A stretch of 64,000 nucleotides of DNA from a virus. Its lineage: Duplodnaviria; Caudoviricetes. The translations under genes were made by a program, and so were the position numbers. Positions 53,423 to 62,705 of this stretch are shown piece after piece. Under the pieces are notes generated by a model. That model was not told the origin of the DNA. It worked only from the letters and a program-made list of their open reading frames with translations, and made no database searches. The stretch is from the IMG/VR virus record IMGVR_UViG_3300028048_001169, positions 96,001-160,000 of that record; one strand, given 5' to 3'. Positions within the stretch are counted from its first letter, which is position 1. Each line of letters opens with the position of its first letter.

Positions 53423-53640
53423 TTGAAGAGATAATTTAATTTTAATTGGTCACACATTATGTAGAAATACAAAAAATTCCGCGCCCCATGGTAAAGCAAA
53501 TGTGGAATAACAAGTAAAAACCCTTGCACATTGAAGAGTTAACAAACTTTCATTGTAAAATTCTTTTCGTTTTTTTTTCGAATTATCTCTTCAAGCCTTT
53601 CATAATCCCCAGTAGTGTCACTGTTCACTACTGGGGTTTT
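53423..53640 (+). ncRNA. Putative small structured RNA
   Basis: AACA-N6-TG promoter 53414-53425; perfect 14-bp closing stem 53423-53436/53581-53594; terminator 53607-53640. Confidence 0.55.
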
Positions 53641-53688
53641 TATATATTACAATGAGGGAAACATTCATATAATGAAGGAGGTTAATAT

Positions 53689-54333
53689 ATGATGACAGAA
53701 TCCAATAATGATATATACCTACAAGAATCTTTTACTGGTGATATCGATTATTTCGATCACCGTTTTGTTGATGATAAAATTCGTTCCTCTATGATGGAGA
53801 AAGATAAAGCAAAAAGATCTAGAAAGTTAGAAGAGACATTATACGATGTCATAATGAATATTACCAATGTATCAAAGCGTGCTATAAATTTTGAGAAATT
53901 ATATAAGGATCATTATAAGTATGATCATATTTTATATAAATCCGTACATCCAAATTTAAAGTATTTAAATGATGATGATAAAGAACGTTTAAGAGAATCT
54001 ATTGATAGTGCATTTAATAATGGTACTGCTGATTCTGTAGCAAGTGGTGTCGTAGGAGCTATCTTAGATGTATTAATACCTAAAGAGATTGGTATCTTAA
54101 AAGGATTAGCCGGTAAGTTTGCTCATAGTGTATTAACTGGCATTGGACGTGGTGCGTTCTTTGATATTTGTCCTGTTAAATTTAAGTCGATTGGAGAAGC
54201 TTTGGTTGTATATAAGAAAGCTGCTAAAGAATCTCGATTTAAGAGTGATGAAACTCGTAAGCAAGCTCAGTATTGCTACGAAGTAACAACACAGGTTATG
54301 GAAGACTTATTAAAATTATATAAGGAGTTGTAA
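53689..54333 (+). CDS. Hypothetical late protein (possible head protein)
   Basis: Late motif at 53660; N-terminal MTES/LQES motifs. Confidence 0.65.
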   Translation: MMTESNNDIYLQESFTGDIDYFDHRFVDDKIRSSMMEKDKAKRSRKLEETLYDVIMNITNVSKRAINFEKLYKDHYKYDHILYKSVHPNLKYLNDDDKERLRESIDSAFNNGTADSVASGVVGAILDVLIPKEIGILKGLAGKFAHSVLTGIGRGAFFDICPVKFKSIGEALVVYKKAAKESRFKSDETRKQAQYCYEVTTQVMEDLLKLYKEL

Positions 54334-54334
54334 T

Positions 54335-54616
54335 ATGGAATACTATATAGAAGCACTGGAGTATTTCAACGAATGTGATGCTCTATTAGAATTAAAACGT
54401 TCTGAAACACCAGAGAGTGAATTTGGAGTGCCAGAACAAAAGAAGTTTCCATTAATTGATGCAAAGCATGTGCAATCTGCTATTAAATTCTTTAATTATG
54501 TAGATCCTAAATATGAGAAAGAATTAGCTAGTAATATTAAACGTAAGATGAAAGAATATAATATTACAGATATACATGTTGGTGAGAAGAATCGGTTTTC
54601 TAAATATTATAATTAA
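54335..54616 (+). CDS. DUF6582-like small phage protein
   Basis: EFGVPEQKKFPLIDAKHVQSAIKFF. Confidence 0.6.
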   Translation: MEYYIEALEYFNECDALLELKRSETPESEFGVPEQKKFPLIDAKHVQSAIKFFNYVDPKYEKELASNIKRKMKEYNITDIHVGEKNRFSKYYN

Positions 54617-54635
54617 GGATGGTGAATAATAATTT

Positions 54636-54926
54636 ATGTATCAGCATTTTAGTGACTCTATTGTATTGTTTTTAAATACGTATATCAAGCAGAATAAATT
54701 AGATGGTGAAGTTCATGTTATCGATAAACACACTATCTATTTTACATTAAGTAATAATATTGAAGGAGAGTTTACCGATCAATCATATCATACTAATGAG
54801 TATGAATGTAAGATTGATACAGCATTATCTCCTTGCAGTAAGTACATTGACAAGACACAAGACATTGTATCTGTTAAATTAGAACTAAAAGATTTTTTAG
54901 ATACCATTCGTAGTATTCCACAATAA
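54636..54926 (+). CDS. Hypothetical protein
   Basis: ORF in operon. Confidence 0.6.
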   Translation: MYQHFSDSIVLFLNTYIKQNKLDGEVHVIDKHTIYFTLSNNIEGEFTDQSYHTNEYECKIDTALSPCSKYIDKTQDIVSVKLELKDFLDTIRSIPQ

Positions 54927-55073
54927 ACATATTAGTAATGGTTACTGCTGTGATTGTTTCTTGTTTTTTGTTTTCCTTTTACGTTAGAGAGAGGTGTTCT
55001 ACCTCTCTCTATAAATGTTTTTCTCTCACCACATTTATATAATATAATTGCATACAATACACTGAGGAGGTGC

Positions 55074-56411
55074 ATGTATTTGAGAAAGTATTACGTATTA
55101 GACACGAATATCTTAATTCAAACAGGTGGTTCTGGTATTAAGGGATTTGATGATAACTTTGTTGTTATCACTCATATTACATTAGAAGAACTTGATGGTT
55201 TGAAACGTGGAATGACAACAGGCTATGACGCAAGACAAGCATTAAAAATGATTGATGAAATCATTAAGGATGGTGATCCTAATAAGGGTATCAAAATGGA
55301 TAATGGTGGTACCTTTATTTTAGAACCAGATGGGGTATTACAAGAAAATTTACCAATTGGATGGAAGCTGGATAAACCAGACAATTGTATTATATCTGCT
55401 ACGATATCAATCAAGAAGAAACATAGTAGAAGTAAAGTTATTCTCGTAACTAATGATCGTGGTATGAGAATCAAAGCTCGTGCTGCTGGATTAGACGTAG
55501 AAGAATATAAGAATGGACAGATTCGTACAGAAAAGTTATATACTGGAAGAGTCGTTGTACCAGCATCTGCTGAATATGTAAATCGTCTATATAAGAACGG
55601 TGCTGTAGAGATTACAGATGAAGATTATTCACGATTTGGACTTGAATACCCATTTGTAGAAAATCAATATGTCCGAGTAGAAGACTTCGAAACAAATATG
55701 AGTCGTCATGCTGCTGAATGTGTTTTTCGCAATGGTAAACTCTATACATTAGATGAAGTTGCTAAGGTCGGTATTAAAGGACGTAATGAAGGTCAGAAGT
55801 ATGCAATCAATGCATTGTTAGATTCCGAAATACCACTAGTAGCATTGATTGGTCCTGCTGGATGTGGCAAGACATATATCTCATTAGCAATTGCGTTGTA
55901 TCTTATGAGAGAAAAGGGAGAATATGATAATATCTATATCTCTCGTTCTAATACAATTCCAGAACAAGAAGATTTAGGATTCTTACCAGGAGATCTTACA
56001 CAAAAGATGGATCCATTACTGTACCCGTTCCATGATAATTTAGAGAAATTAATGGGTATGGATGGTCAAGATGAATTACGAGAGTTAGAAGACTCAGGAC
56101 AGATTAGCATATGTCCTATGGCATATATTCGAGGACGTAGTATTGATCATGCATTTATTATCGTTGATGAAGCTCAAAATATCTCACAGAATCAGATGAA
56201 GACATTGGTTAGTCGTCTAGGAGAAGGTAGTAAGTTGGTTATCTGTGGAGATCCGGCTCAGATTGATAATAATAGATTAGATGCTAGAAGTAACGGATTG
56301 GTATACTGTGCTGATCGTATGAAAGGTCAAACTCGATTCTCACAAGTTACATTTACAGAAGATGAATGTGTACGTAGCGAGATTGCAAAGCTTGCTGCTA
56401 AATTATTATAA
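55074..56411 (+). CDS. phoH: PIN domain + PhoH ATPase (PhoH2/YlaK type)
   Basis: YVLDTNIL, EELD, D..I, LVTND (PIN); GPAGCGKT, LGFLPGDL..KM, YIRGRSI, DEAQN, GD..QID. Confidence 0.92.
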   Translation: MYLRKYYVLDTNILIQTGGSGIKGFDDNFVVITHITLEELDGLKRGMTTGYDARQALKMIDEIIKDGDPNKGIKMDNGGTFILEPDGVLQENLPIGWKLDKPDNCIISATISIKKKHSRSKVILVTNDRGMRIKARAAGLDVEEYKNGQIRTEKLYTGRVVVPASAEYVNRLYKNGAVEITDEDYSRFGLEYPFVENQYVRVEDFETNMSRHAAECVFRNGKLYTLDEVAKVGIKGRNEGQKYAINALLDSEIPLVALIGPAGCGKTYISLAIALYLMREKGEYDNIYISRSNTIPEQEDLGFLPGDLTQKMDPLLYPFHDNLEKLMGMDGQDELRELEDSGQISICPMAYIRGRSIDHAFIIVDEAQNISQNQMKTLVSRLGEGSKLVICGDPAQIDNNRLDARSNGLVYCADRMKGQTRFSQVTFTEDECVRSEIAKLAAKLL

Positions 56412-56417
56412 CAAGAA

Positions 56418-56443
56418 CCCAGTAGGACTAAGTTCCTACTGGG
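56418..56443. terminator. Bidirectional terminator, CCCAGTAGGA family
   Basis: Same stem as 49644; lies between convergent genes. Confidence 0.85.
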
Positions 56444-56470
56444 CTTTTGGTTTTATTGAATAAGAATTAT

Positions 56471-57391
56471 TTACTTTTTCTTCTTAGTCTTTTTAGCTTT
56501 AGGAACAATAACTTCCTTACGTAAAGCAACTGGTGCTTTCTTTGCTGTGTTATCAATGATAGCCCATGCTTCTTGGATCGGATAATCGTATGGTAATACA
56601 GCTACACCATTCTTACCCCATTCTGATCCCCAAGAGTTAAGGATTAATAATCCTTTTGCTGTCCAACCGATAGCCAGTACTGCATGATAACCTCTAAACT
56701 GATTATAATCATAGTTTCCATTATCTGGTGTACTAACCTCAGGCCACTTGAGATTATCTTCTAACATCCAGTCTGGACCATAGTCCTCGAAACATGGAAT
56801 AGAGATCAAAGCACTCTTGAAAGAATATACAGCCTGCTTAATCTGATTAATATCATTACATCTGTAATAGCTATCGATCTTATAACACTTACCTACTTTA
56901 TCAAGCTTTGCTTTATACTTATTTCTCTTGGCACGACACTGCTTAAATGTGCCCCAGTAATTAAAGTTAGTATAAGTACATGGTCCCATATCAGTAAGCT
57001 GATTTAAAGCCTCACTAATTATAGTTCCTTCTTCTGATACCTTTAAAATACTATTATCTGGTCTCATACCATAAATATCTGCTGGTGAGAAACGATAAGG
57101 ATTCTTTGTCTGTGCCTTCTCTGTAATATATCGACTTGCTGCCAAAGCACAAGCTCCACACATACCAGTTTCTCCCTGATCAAATACTTTTTCAGCCGGT
57201 AACTTTACAGAGATATAATGTGCTGGTAATTTCTGAGCAATAACTCTCTGTGCTGCTTTTGCACTCATAGCAACTGGTCTCTTACTACCATTCATCAAGT
57301 CCTGCATCTGATAATCGCGATCATCTGCTGGTGAAGGTTTAATGTAATCAAATGAATGACCTTCATAATGCTTTCTATTATCTTTAGCCAT
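56471..57391 (-). CDS. Papain-like (C1 family) cysteine peptidase, second paralogue
   Basis: DQGETGMCGAC, GYHAVLAIGW, LNSWGSEWGKNG. Confidence 0.88.
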   Translation of the reverse strand: MAKDNRKHYEGHSFDYIKPSPADDRDYQMQDLMNGSKRPVAMSAKAAQRVIAQKLPAHYISVKLPAEKVFDQGETGMCGACALAASRYITEKAQTKNPYRFSPADIYGMRPDNSILKVSEEGTIISEALNQLTDMGPCTYTNFNYWGTFKQCRAKRNKYKAKLDKVGKCYKIDSYYRCNDINQIKQAVYSFKSALISIPCFEDYGPDWMLEDNLKWPEVSTPDNGNYDYNQFRGYHAVLAIGWTAKGLLILNSWGSEWGKNGVAVLPYDYPIQEAWAIIDNTAKKAPVALRKEVIVPKAKKTKKKK

Positions 57392-57466
57392 ATAGGTATC
57401 CTCCTTTAGATAACATATGAAACTTAGTGTATTTATATTAGAGTTAATACAGATATAGAGATACTC

Positions 57467-58297
57467 TTATTTCGCTGCATATGTAATATATAGTGTAACA
57501 TAATGAGTTTTGATATCTGGATCTGGATCTACATTTTTGCATGACACCGATACAGTATTCGTTGTTGGATTATATGCAACAATTGCTGGATAATTCTTAT
57601 AATCAGTAGCTGTAATAGAATAGATATTATAATCAGAATAACTAGACAATTCCATTGTACCAAAGTACGGAGTTAATCCACCCCATTCATCTACATCAAC
57701 TACCATCTGAATTGTATCATGCATTACTAATCCATGTGCACCTTTATATGTCCATCCATTATTATATGTAGCATATCCATCTGATCCATCTTCAAAGAAG
57801 AATCGATAAATATATGGATATCCTTCTGTAACAGAAGCAAAAACATATCCTACTTTACCCCACCAATCTTTTGGAAATTCTGATTCAGAAGAAATAGAAC
57901 AATTCATAACAAAGAATTTCTTATAATACTTATTACTACGCTCTAATAAAGAGCCAGGATTCGTTATTATATGGTCATAATCTGCTACAATAATTGTAGA
58001 TGCTACACCATGATCAATAGATGCCCATCCAGTCCATATTTGTCTTACATGATCATACATACGCTCATATGAACCAGAACCATCTCTAGTAGAATATACT
58101 TGTCTAGTATATTTTGTTGACGGGTAACCATAAGATTCTGAATAATAAACACCATCTACTACTAAAATACCACCAATACCATTTACTGGAAATCCTCTAG
58201 AAGATGAAGCTTGTGAATCTTCTACAGCATAAATCTCTGTTCCTTTACAACCATTAAGATGAGAACCATCATAAATATTATCTCTACCATATGTCAT
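57467..58297 (-). CDS. Tail fibre-like protein with a pyocin-knob-like segment
   Basis: P....GILVV...TRQVY......YER......WTGW pattern; AAGGAGG RBS before MTYGRD. Confidence 0.55.
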   Translation of the reverse strand: MTYGRDNIYDGSHLNGCKGTEIYAVEDSQASSSRGFPVNGIGGILVVDGVYYSESYGYPSTKYTRQVYSTRDGSGSYERMYDHVRQIWTGWASIDHGVASTIIVADYDHIITNPGSLLERSNKYYKKFFVMNCSISSESEFPKDWWGKVGYVFASVTEGYPYIYRFFFEDGSDGYATYNNGWTYKGAHGLVMHDTIQMVVDVDEWGGLTPYFGTMELSSYSDYNIYSITATDYKNYPAIVAYNPTTNTVSVSCKNVDPDPDIKTHYVTLYITYAAK

Positions 58298-58500
58298 AAT
58301 GATAATAACCTCCTTTATTATACTAATGTAAACCCAATTTTGAAATATCATGCTTTTAATGTACTTGCAAAAAGTGTGTAGCAAACATAACATATATTTG
58401 TCACAATTTTTCTTCACTAACCCCATAGTAATAAGGAGTTAGAAGGTATAGGAGTGGATTTAACTTTAATATAAATAGAATATAGAAAGGAGTAAATATT

Positions 58501-59496
58501 GTGGACCTGTTAAAAGTGTCAGAAATTATAGATAAATATGCTAATAAAGCAGGAAATACTTATTTAAGTCCTGTTATATTCTTGGTACTTGTTGTTATTA
58601 TTCTAATCTTTTATTTTGCTCGTTATCGTGCAATCTGTAAAATTGATAGTGATGATGTTAATGATGATCCTGAATTAGAAAAACGTTATCATATGTATAC
58701 TCTATTTCACTGTGGATTAGAAGCATTAATGTGCTTGATTGTATCATATTTTATTATTGAAATTACAGATGCAAACATCAAAAGCTATATTATTAACTGG
58801 GTAATTGCACCAGCAATTGGTATCTTTGTATCTATTTATTGTGATAATAAGATTCTTATGCCATTTGAAGATTTACATGGTGGTAATCCATTAAATGATA
58901 AAGATCATCATAAAGATGATGATAAGAAATCACCGAAAAAATCTGATGATAAAATATCAATTATCATCAACCCATCTTCTCAGCAGCAAACAGTTAGCAC
59001 ATCTACAGAATCAGAAAAAGGTACATTACCTTCTACTGCTGTAGGTTCACCACTTCCAAATCAAATGGAACAATCTATCAGTGATACTAAAGCTGCTTGC
59101 AAAAAAATATTTACAGAGCATGAAGACGTAATAATAAAACGTATTGAAGATTTGGAAACATCAGTAGCAAATCAAACAAAGGATATAGATGATATTAAAG
59201 AATATATTATAACGGACCGTAAATCTCGATTAACAAGAGTTATTTATGCGGCTTTAGAACAAGGATATGTAAAACCTAAAGAAAATGCTGCTATACTAGA
59301 ACTCTATCATAAATATACTCGTTTAGTAGGAGAAGATCAAGAAATAGAAACATTATTTAAGGATCAATATTTAAAACTAAATGTTCATGAAGATCGACGA
59401 AAGAATAAAGTAGATGTTAATAATGATCGTCGTAGTAAAAGTAAAGATAGAGATGATAATCGAGACCGAGATGGAGATTTAACTAAGTATATATAA
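58501..59496 (+). CDS. Multi-TM membrane protein, holin-like candidate
   Basis: Three hydrophobic helices; C-terminal GYV...E...LY..Y..L.G motif seen in Firmicute phage lysis-module proteins. Confidence 0.5.
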   Translation: MDLLKVSEIIDKYANKAGNTYLSPVIFLVLVVIILIFYFARYRAICKIDSDDVNDDPELEKRYHMYTLFHCGLEALMCLIVSYFIIEITDANIKSYIINWVIAPAIGIFVSIYCDNKILMPFEDLHGGNPLNDKDHHKDDDKKSPKKSDDKISIIINPSSQQQTVSTSTESEKGTLPSTAVGSPLPNQMEQSISDTKAACKKIFTEHEDVIIKRIEDLETSVANQTKDIDDIKEYIITDRKSRLTRVIYAALEQGYVKPKENAAILELYHKYTRLVGEDQEIETLFKDQYLKLNVHEDRRKNKVDVNNDRRSKSKDRDDNRDRDGDLTKYI

Positions 59497-59499
59497 TTA

Positions 59500-59528
59500 C
59501 CCAGTAGGATTGTCCTACTGGGTTTTTA
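59500..59528 (+). terminator. Terminator, CCCAGTAGGA family
   Basis: CCCAGTAGGA-TTG-TCCTACTGGG-TTTTT. Confidence 0.85.
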
Positions 59529-59819
59529 ATTTTATGATATAGAAATGAACCAGTATCAATAAAAAGATTAAAATATATAGTCCAGTATTATAATAATTTT
59601 CAATATTAGAACCTTTGTAAAAGTTACTAGTTTAAGTTATATATTATAGCGTTGTAAAGAAGAAATATTATCATATTAATAAGGAGGAAACAATTATGAT
59701 AAAGAACTTTAGATTGATATGGTGACATATATGTCAGATCAGCAATGGAGAGGTTATATGATACTGAACGCCAGTTACTGTTTAAAGGTTATTATTGATG
59801 GAGATAATAAGGAGGACGT

Positions 59820-60005
59820 ATGAGTATGAAAAACTTTTTAAGTAAGCATCCAAAATTACACGCAGCCAAAGAAGCAATTCTTTGGCATGATTATAATGAT
59901 GAAAAGGCTAAAGAATTCTTCTTATCGTGGCTAGAAGTAATACTAATGTTTGCACTTTTCGGCGGTGGTTATATTCTCATCATCGGAAATTTGCCGGTTC
60001 ATTAA
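59820..60005 (+). CDS. Small membrane protein
   Basis: AAGGAGG RBS; C-terminal TM helix. Confidence 0.65.
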   Translation: MSMKNFLSKHPKLHAAKEAILWHDYNDEKAKEFFLSWLEVILMFALFGGGYILIIGNLPVH

Positions 60006-60109
60006 AAGAAAGATATAGTGGGATTTAATTATCCCACTTTTCTTTTTTCTTTTTCACATCAATATAATGTATCTATATTATATAAAATATTAATAAGGAG
60101 GACCTTATA

Positions 60110-60541
60110 ATGGCTACACTAGAACCTAAAGCAAGTACAGCTTCGATTCTGAAAGCTTCTAATCCAGTTTTAGCAAATAATGAGATCATCTTTGAAGTTC
60201 CTGATGAAGGTAATAAGGACGGTGGTATCAAAATGGGTGATGGTACATCATCTTATAACGATCTTCCATACTTAGCTTCTAATAATAAGATCAATGTTGT
60301 TGAGTCAACACTTACTGTTGCTAACTGGTCTAATGGAACTTATAGTTTTGAGTCTCAGTATCCAACATCTCGTTACATCGTTCAGATATCTATCAATAAG
60401 ACAGCATCTGAAGCAGCATTTAAAGCTTGGGCTGATGGTAACTTCTGCTCTAATGCTGATGCTAATGTTCTTAGAGTTGGTAACGGTGGAGTTCAACCGA
60501 CAGTTAATATTCCGGTTGTATTAGTCGTTACAGAAATCTAA
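60110..60541 (+). CDS. Tail fibre/adaptor protein with Mtd/hyaluronidase N-terminal-like motif
   Basis: NPVLANNEIIFE...IKMGDGTSSYNDLPY. Confidence 0.7.
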   Translation: MATLEPKASTASILKASNPVLANNEIIFEVPDEGNKDGGIKMGDGTSSYNDLPYLASNNKINVVESTLTVANWSNGTYSFESQYPTSRYIVQISINKTASEAAFKAWADGNFCSNADANVLRVGNGGVQPTVNIPVVLVVTEI

Positions 60542-60632
60542 TTTTCAATAAGAGATCCAGTGAGTGCAAAAACTCACTGGATTTTTATTTTTTACATATA
60601 CTAGAACTCTTTTATAATATAGGAGGTAGTAT

Positions 60633-60872
60633 ATGAAGAAAAACCATTATAAATTCCCTTTTGATTGTGGTAAATTTTGTCCATATTATCGTTCTTGGGA
60701 TCTAAGTATTGATGATTGGACAAATGCATGTGAAAAATTACATATGCAAATAGATGATTGCGATGCTTATGGTCCAGCAAAACTACAATCTATTTGTCCA
60801 TTATCTGAATATAAACGAAGATATTATAAATCACTATATAAAATAAAATCATTGTTTAAGAAAGGAAGATAA
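60633..60872 (+). CDS. Cys-rich hypothetical protein
   Basis: C...CPY...C...CPL; AGGAGG RBS. Confidence 0.6.
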   Translation: MKKNHYKFPFDCGKFCPYYRSWDLSIDDWTNACEKLHMQIDDCDAYGPAKLQSICPLSEYKRRYYKSLYKIKSLFKKGR

Positions 60873-60875
60873 TAT

Positions 60876-61280
60876 ATGAAGAATGAAAATGTACAATTAA
60901 TATATAATCCAGAACATGCATCACAAGGGGTTACTAATGTCCATTCAGAAGTACCTATAGCTAATAATGCATTACTAGATTATTCTGAATTAGCTGCAAT
61001 GGAATATGAAAGGATATCAAATATCAATACATTAGAAGAATATCTAGATTATAAATTAGATCTTCTAAAGACAAAAGATATTGATATGATTTTGTTTGAA
61101 CTAACTCGTATAGAAACGCTTATGACTAACTATAAAGCTCATGTATATTTTATGAAGGATCAAGGCGTATGTTGTAATGAAGATCTATATGATACACTAG
61201 AGCAGTATAAAGGCAAATTAATAAATTTATTACAACAGAAACACAGTGAGTTCAGTTGTATTAATCAAATGGAGGATTAG
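60876..61280 (+). CDS. Hypothetical protein
   Basis: ORF in operon. Confidence 0.6.
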   Translation: MKNENVQLIYNPEHASQGVTNVHSEVPIANNALLDYSELAAMEYERISNINTLEEYLDYKLDLLKTKDIDMILFELTRIETLMTNYKAHVYFMKDQGVCCNEDLYDTLEQYKGKLINLLQQKHSEFSCINQMED

Positions 61281-61284
61281 AACT

Positions 61285-61620
61285 ATGAATATTGTAGTTG
61301 GAAGTAGACATAGTGGAAAACTAACAAAGTTTCTGAACGATTTTATTGCTACAGATAATGCTATTATCATCTGTAATACTGTGAAACGAAAATATGATAT
61401 TATTTATCGTTTAAGCGTACTGGATCCACAAACCGATTATAATAATCGTGTTTATGTGTTCAAAGATGAAATTAGAGGTATTCCAATGGACACAAAAGTA
61501 TTTATTGATAAGGCTGACGAATTGCTAGGTAGACTAATTAGTTATGATATTCGAGAAGTATCAATAAATGAAGAATCTATTAATGATATTACAAAAACAA
61601 TACCACCTCATAGTAACTGA
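61285..61620 (+). CDS. Short degenerate P-loop protein
   Basis: NIVVGSRHSGKLT (Walker A-like) and VFIDKAD (Walker B-like). Confidence 0.5.
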   Translation: MNIVVGSRHSGKLTKFLNDFIATDNAIIICNTVKRKYDIIYRLSVLDPQTDYNNRVYVFKDEIRGIPMDTKVFIDKADELLGRLISYDIREVSINEESINDITKTIPPHSN

Positions 61621-61664
61621 AACATTATAGTAAATAAAAATCATTTATTAGAAGGAGAATAATT

Positions 61665-61808
61665 ATGACAAAAGAACAGAAATTTGTATTGTTAGAGAAC
61701 CGTTTATTCAGACTGATGGATTCACCAAAGAATATCAAGAGTAACGGTGTTGTTCGTAAATTAACACGTCAGTATAATCATATGAAGAAGGAACTTGGAT
61801 TAGCTTAA
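61665..61808 (+). CDS. Small basic protein (47 aa)
   Basis: AACA-N6-TA at 61621; AAGGAG RBS. Confidence 0.6.
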   Translation: MTKEQKFVLLENRLFRLMDSPKNIKSNGVVRKLTRQYNHMKKELGLA

Positions 61809-61888
61809 TATGATTTTGCTGGATCATATTTGGGGGAATATGATTGGATAAATAAGCCTAGTAGGATTAATCCTACTAGGCCATTTGT

Positions 61889-62410
61889 TTACCATTTATA
61901 ATTCTTATACTTCTTGTAGTAATCCTTAGCATTCTTAATACGATCTTTTACAACTGTATCATAGTTTGCAGGATTCTCAAATTCTTTACAGAAGATTTTT
62001 GTAGCCGATGTAACTGTAATTAATTTATTGGTTAATTTTGTATAAGTCTTACTAAAGGTAGTGACAAGCTCTTTATAAAGATACTGTAATTGAGGATGAG
62101 CATCACCAATGGATAATCCTCTTGCATCTATATACTTCTTAAGAGCTTCTTTACGAGACCAGTATGTCCACTGGCATAAGCCATAACCAGCTTTGTCTTT
62201 AACGAAATTCGTATATGTACCGTTATCAACGTTCTTGGTATAGGCACTATCACTCATTTTAAGCTTCTTCTCATAAGAGTTCTCCAAGTTTGTAGGATTA
62301 AAACCAGACTCGGCTTTAATATTACCCATAATTCCAGCAATTGCTTTCTTAGGTAATCCTTTCTCTGAAAAGAATCTCCAACATAATTTCTCTACTTCTA
62401 TAGTTGTCAT
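61889..62410 (-). CDS. Phage tail lysozyme (Phage_lysozyme2-like)
   Basis: AIAGIMGNIKAESGFNP...GYGLCQWT..R...F...FENP. Confidence 0.85.
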   Translation of the reverse strand: MTTIEVEKLCWRFFSEKGLPKKAIAGIMGNIKAESGFNPTNLENSYEKKLKMSDSAYTKNVDNGTYTNFVKDKAGYGLCQWTYWSRKEALKKYIDARGLSIGDAHPQLQYLYKELVTTFSKTYTKLTNKLITVTSATKIFCKEFENPANYDTVVKDRIKNAKDYYKKYKNYKW

Positions 62411-62555
62411 AAAAGCACTCCTTTCTCGGCTATTAGTATAATGTACATTGTTTCATGTAATGTCAGTAATCGATCGAGATTTCATATCTCTACGTAATAA
62501 AAATCTACAAATCTATTGACATATGTATAAATACTATATACTGAAAGGAGTTCAA

Positions 62556-62705
62556 ATGGAGTTAGAAAAAGATAACTTTTTATCTGTTTTGATGGAGAAT
62601 GATGAAGAGAAACTAAAAGATTATATATTAGAACATGGTAAGAAGCCAAAGCCACATGCTCCTCTTTATGTAATCCGAAAGGAGGAAGTTAATGATGACA
62701 AATGA
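62556..62705 (+). CDS. Small hypothetical protein
   Basis: AAAGGAG RBS before MELEKD. Confidence 0.55.
   Translation: MELEKDNFLSVLMENDEEKLKDYILEHGKKPKPHAPLYVIRKEEVNDDK

Noticed and set aside
54954-55073. N-terminal extension of PhoH in the ORF track
   Set aside because: It crosses a terminator hairpin; the GAGGAGG RBS supports a start at 55074/55080
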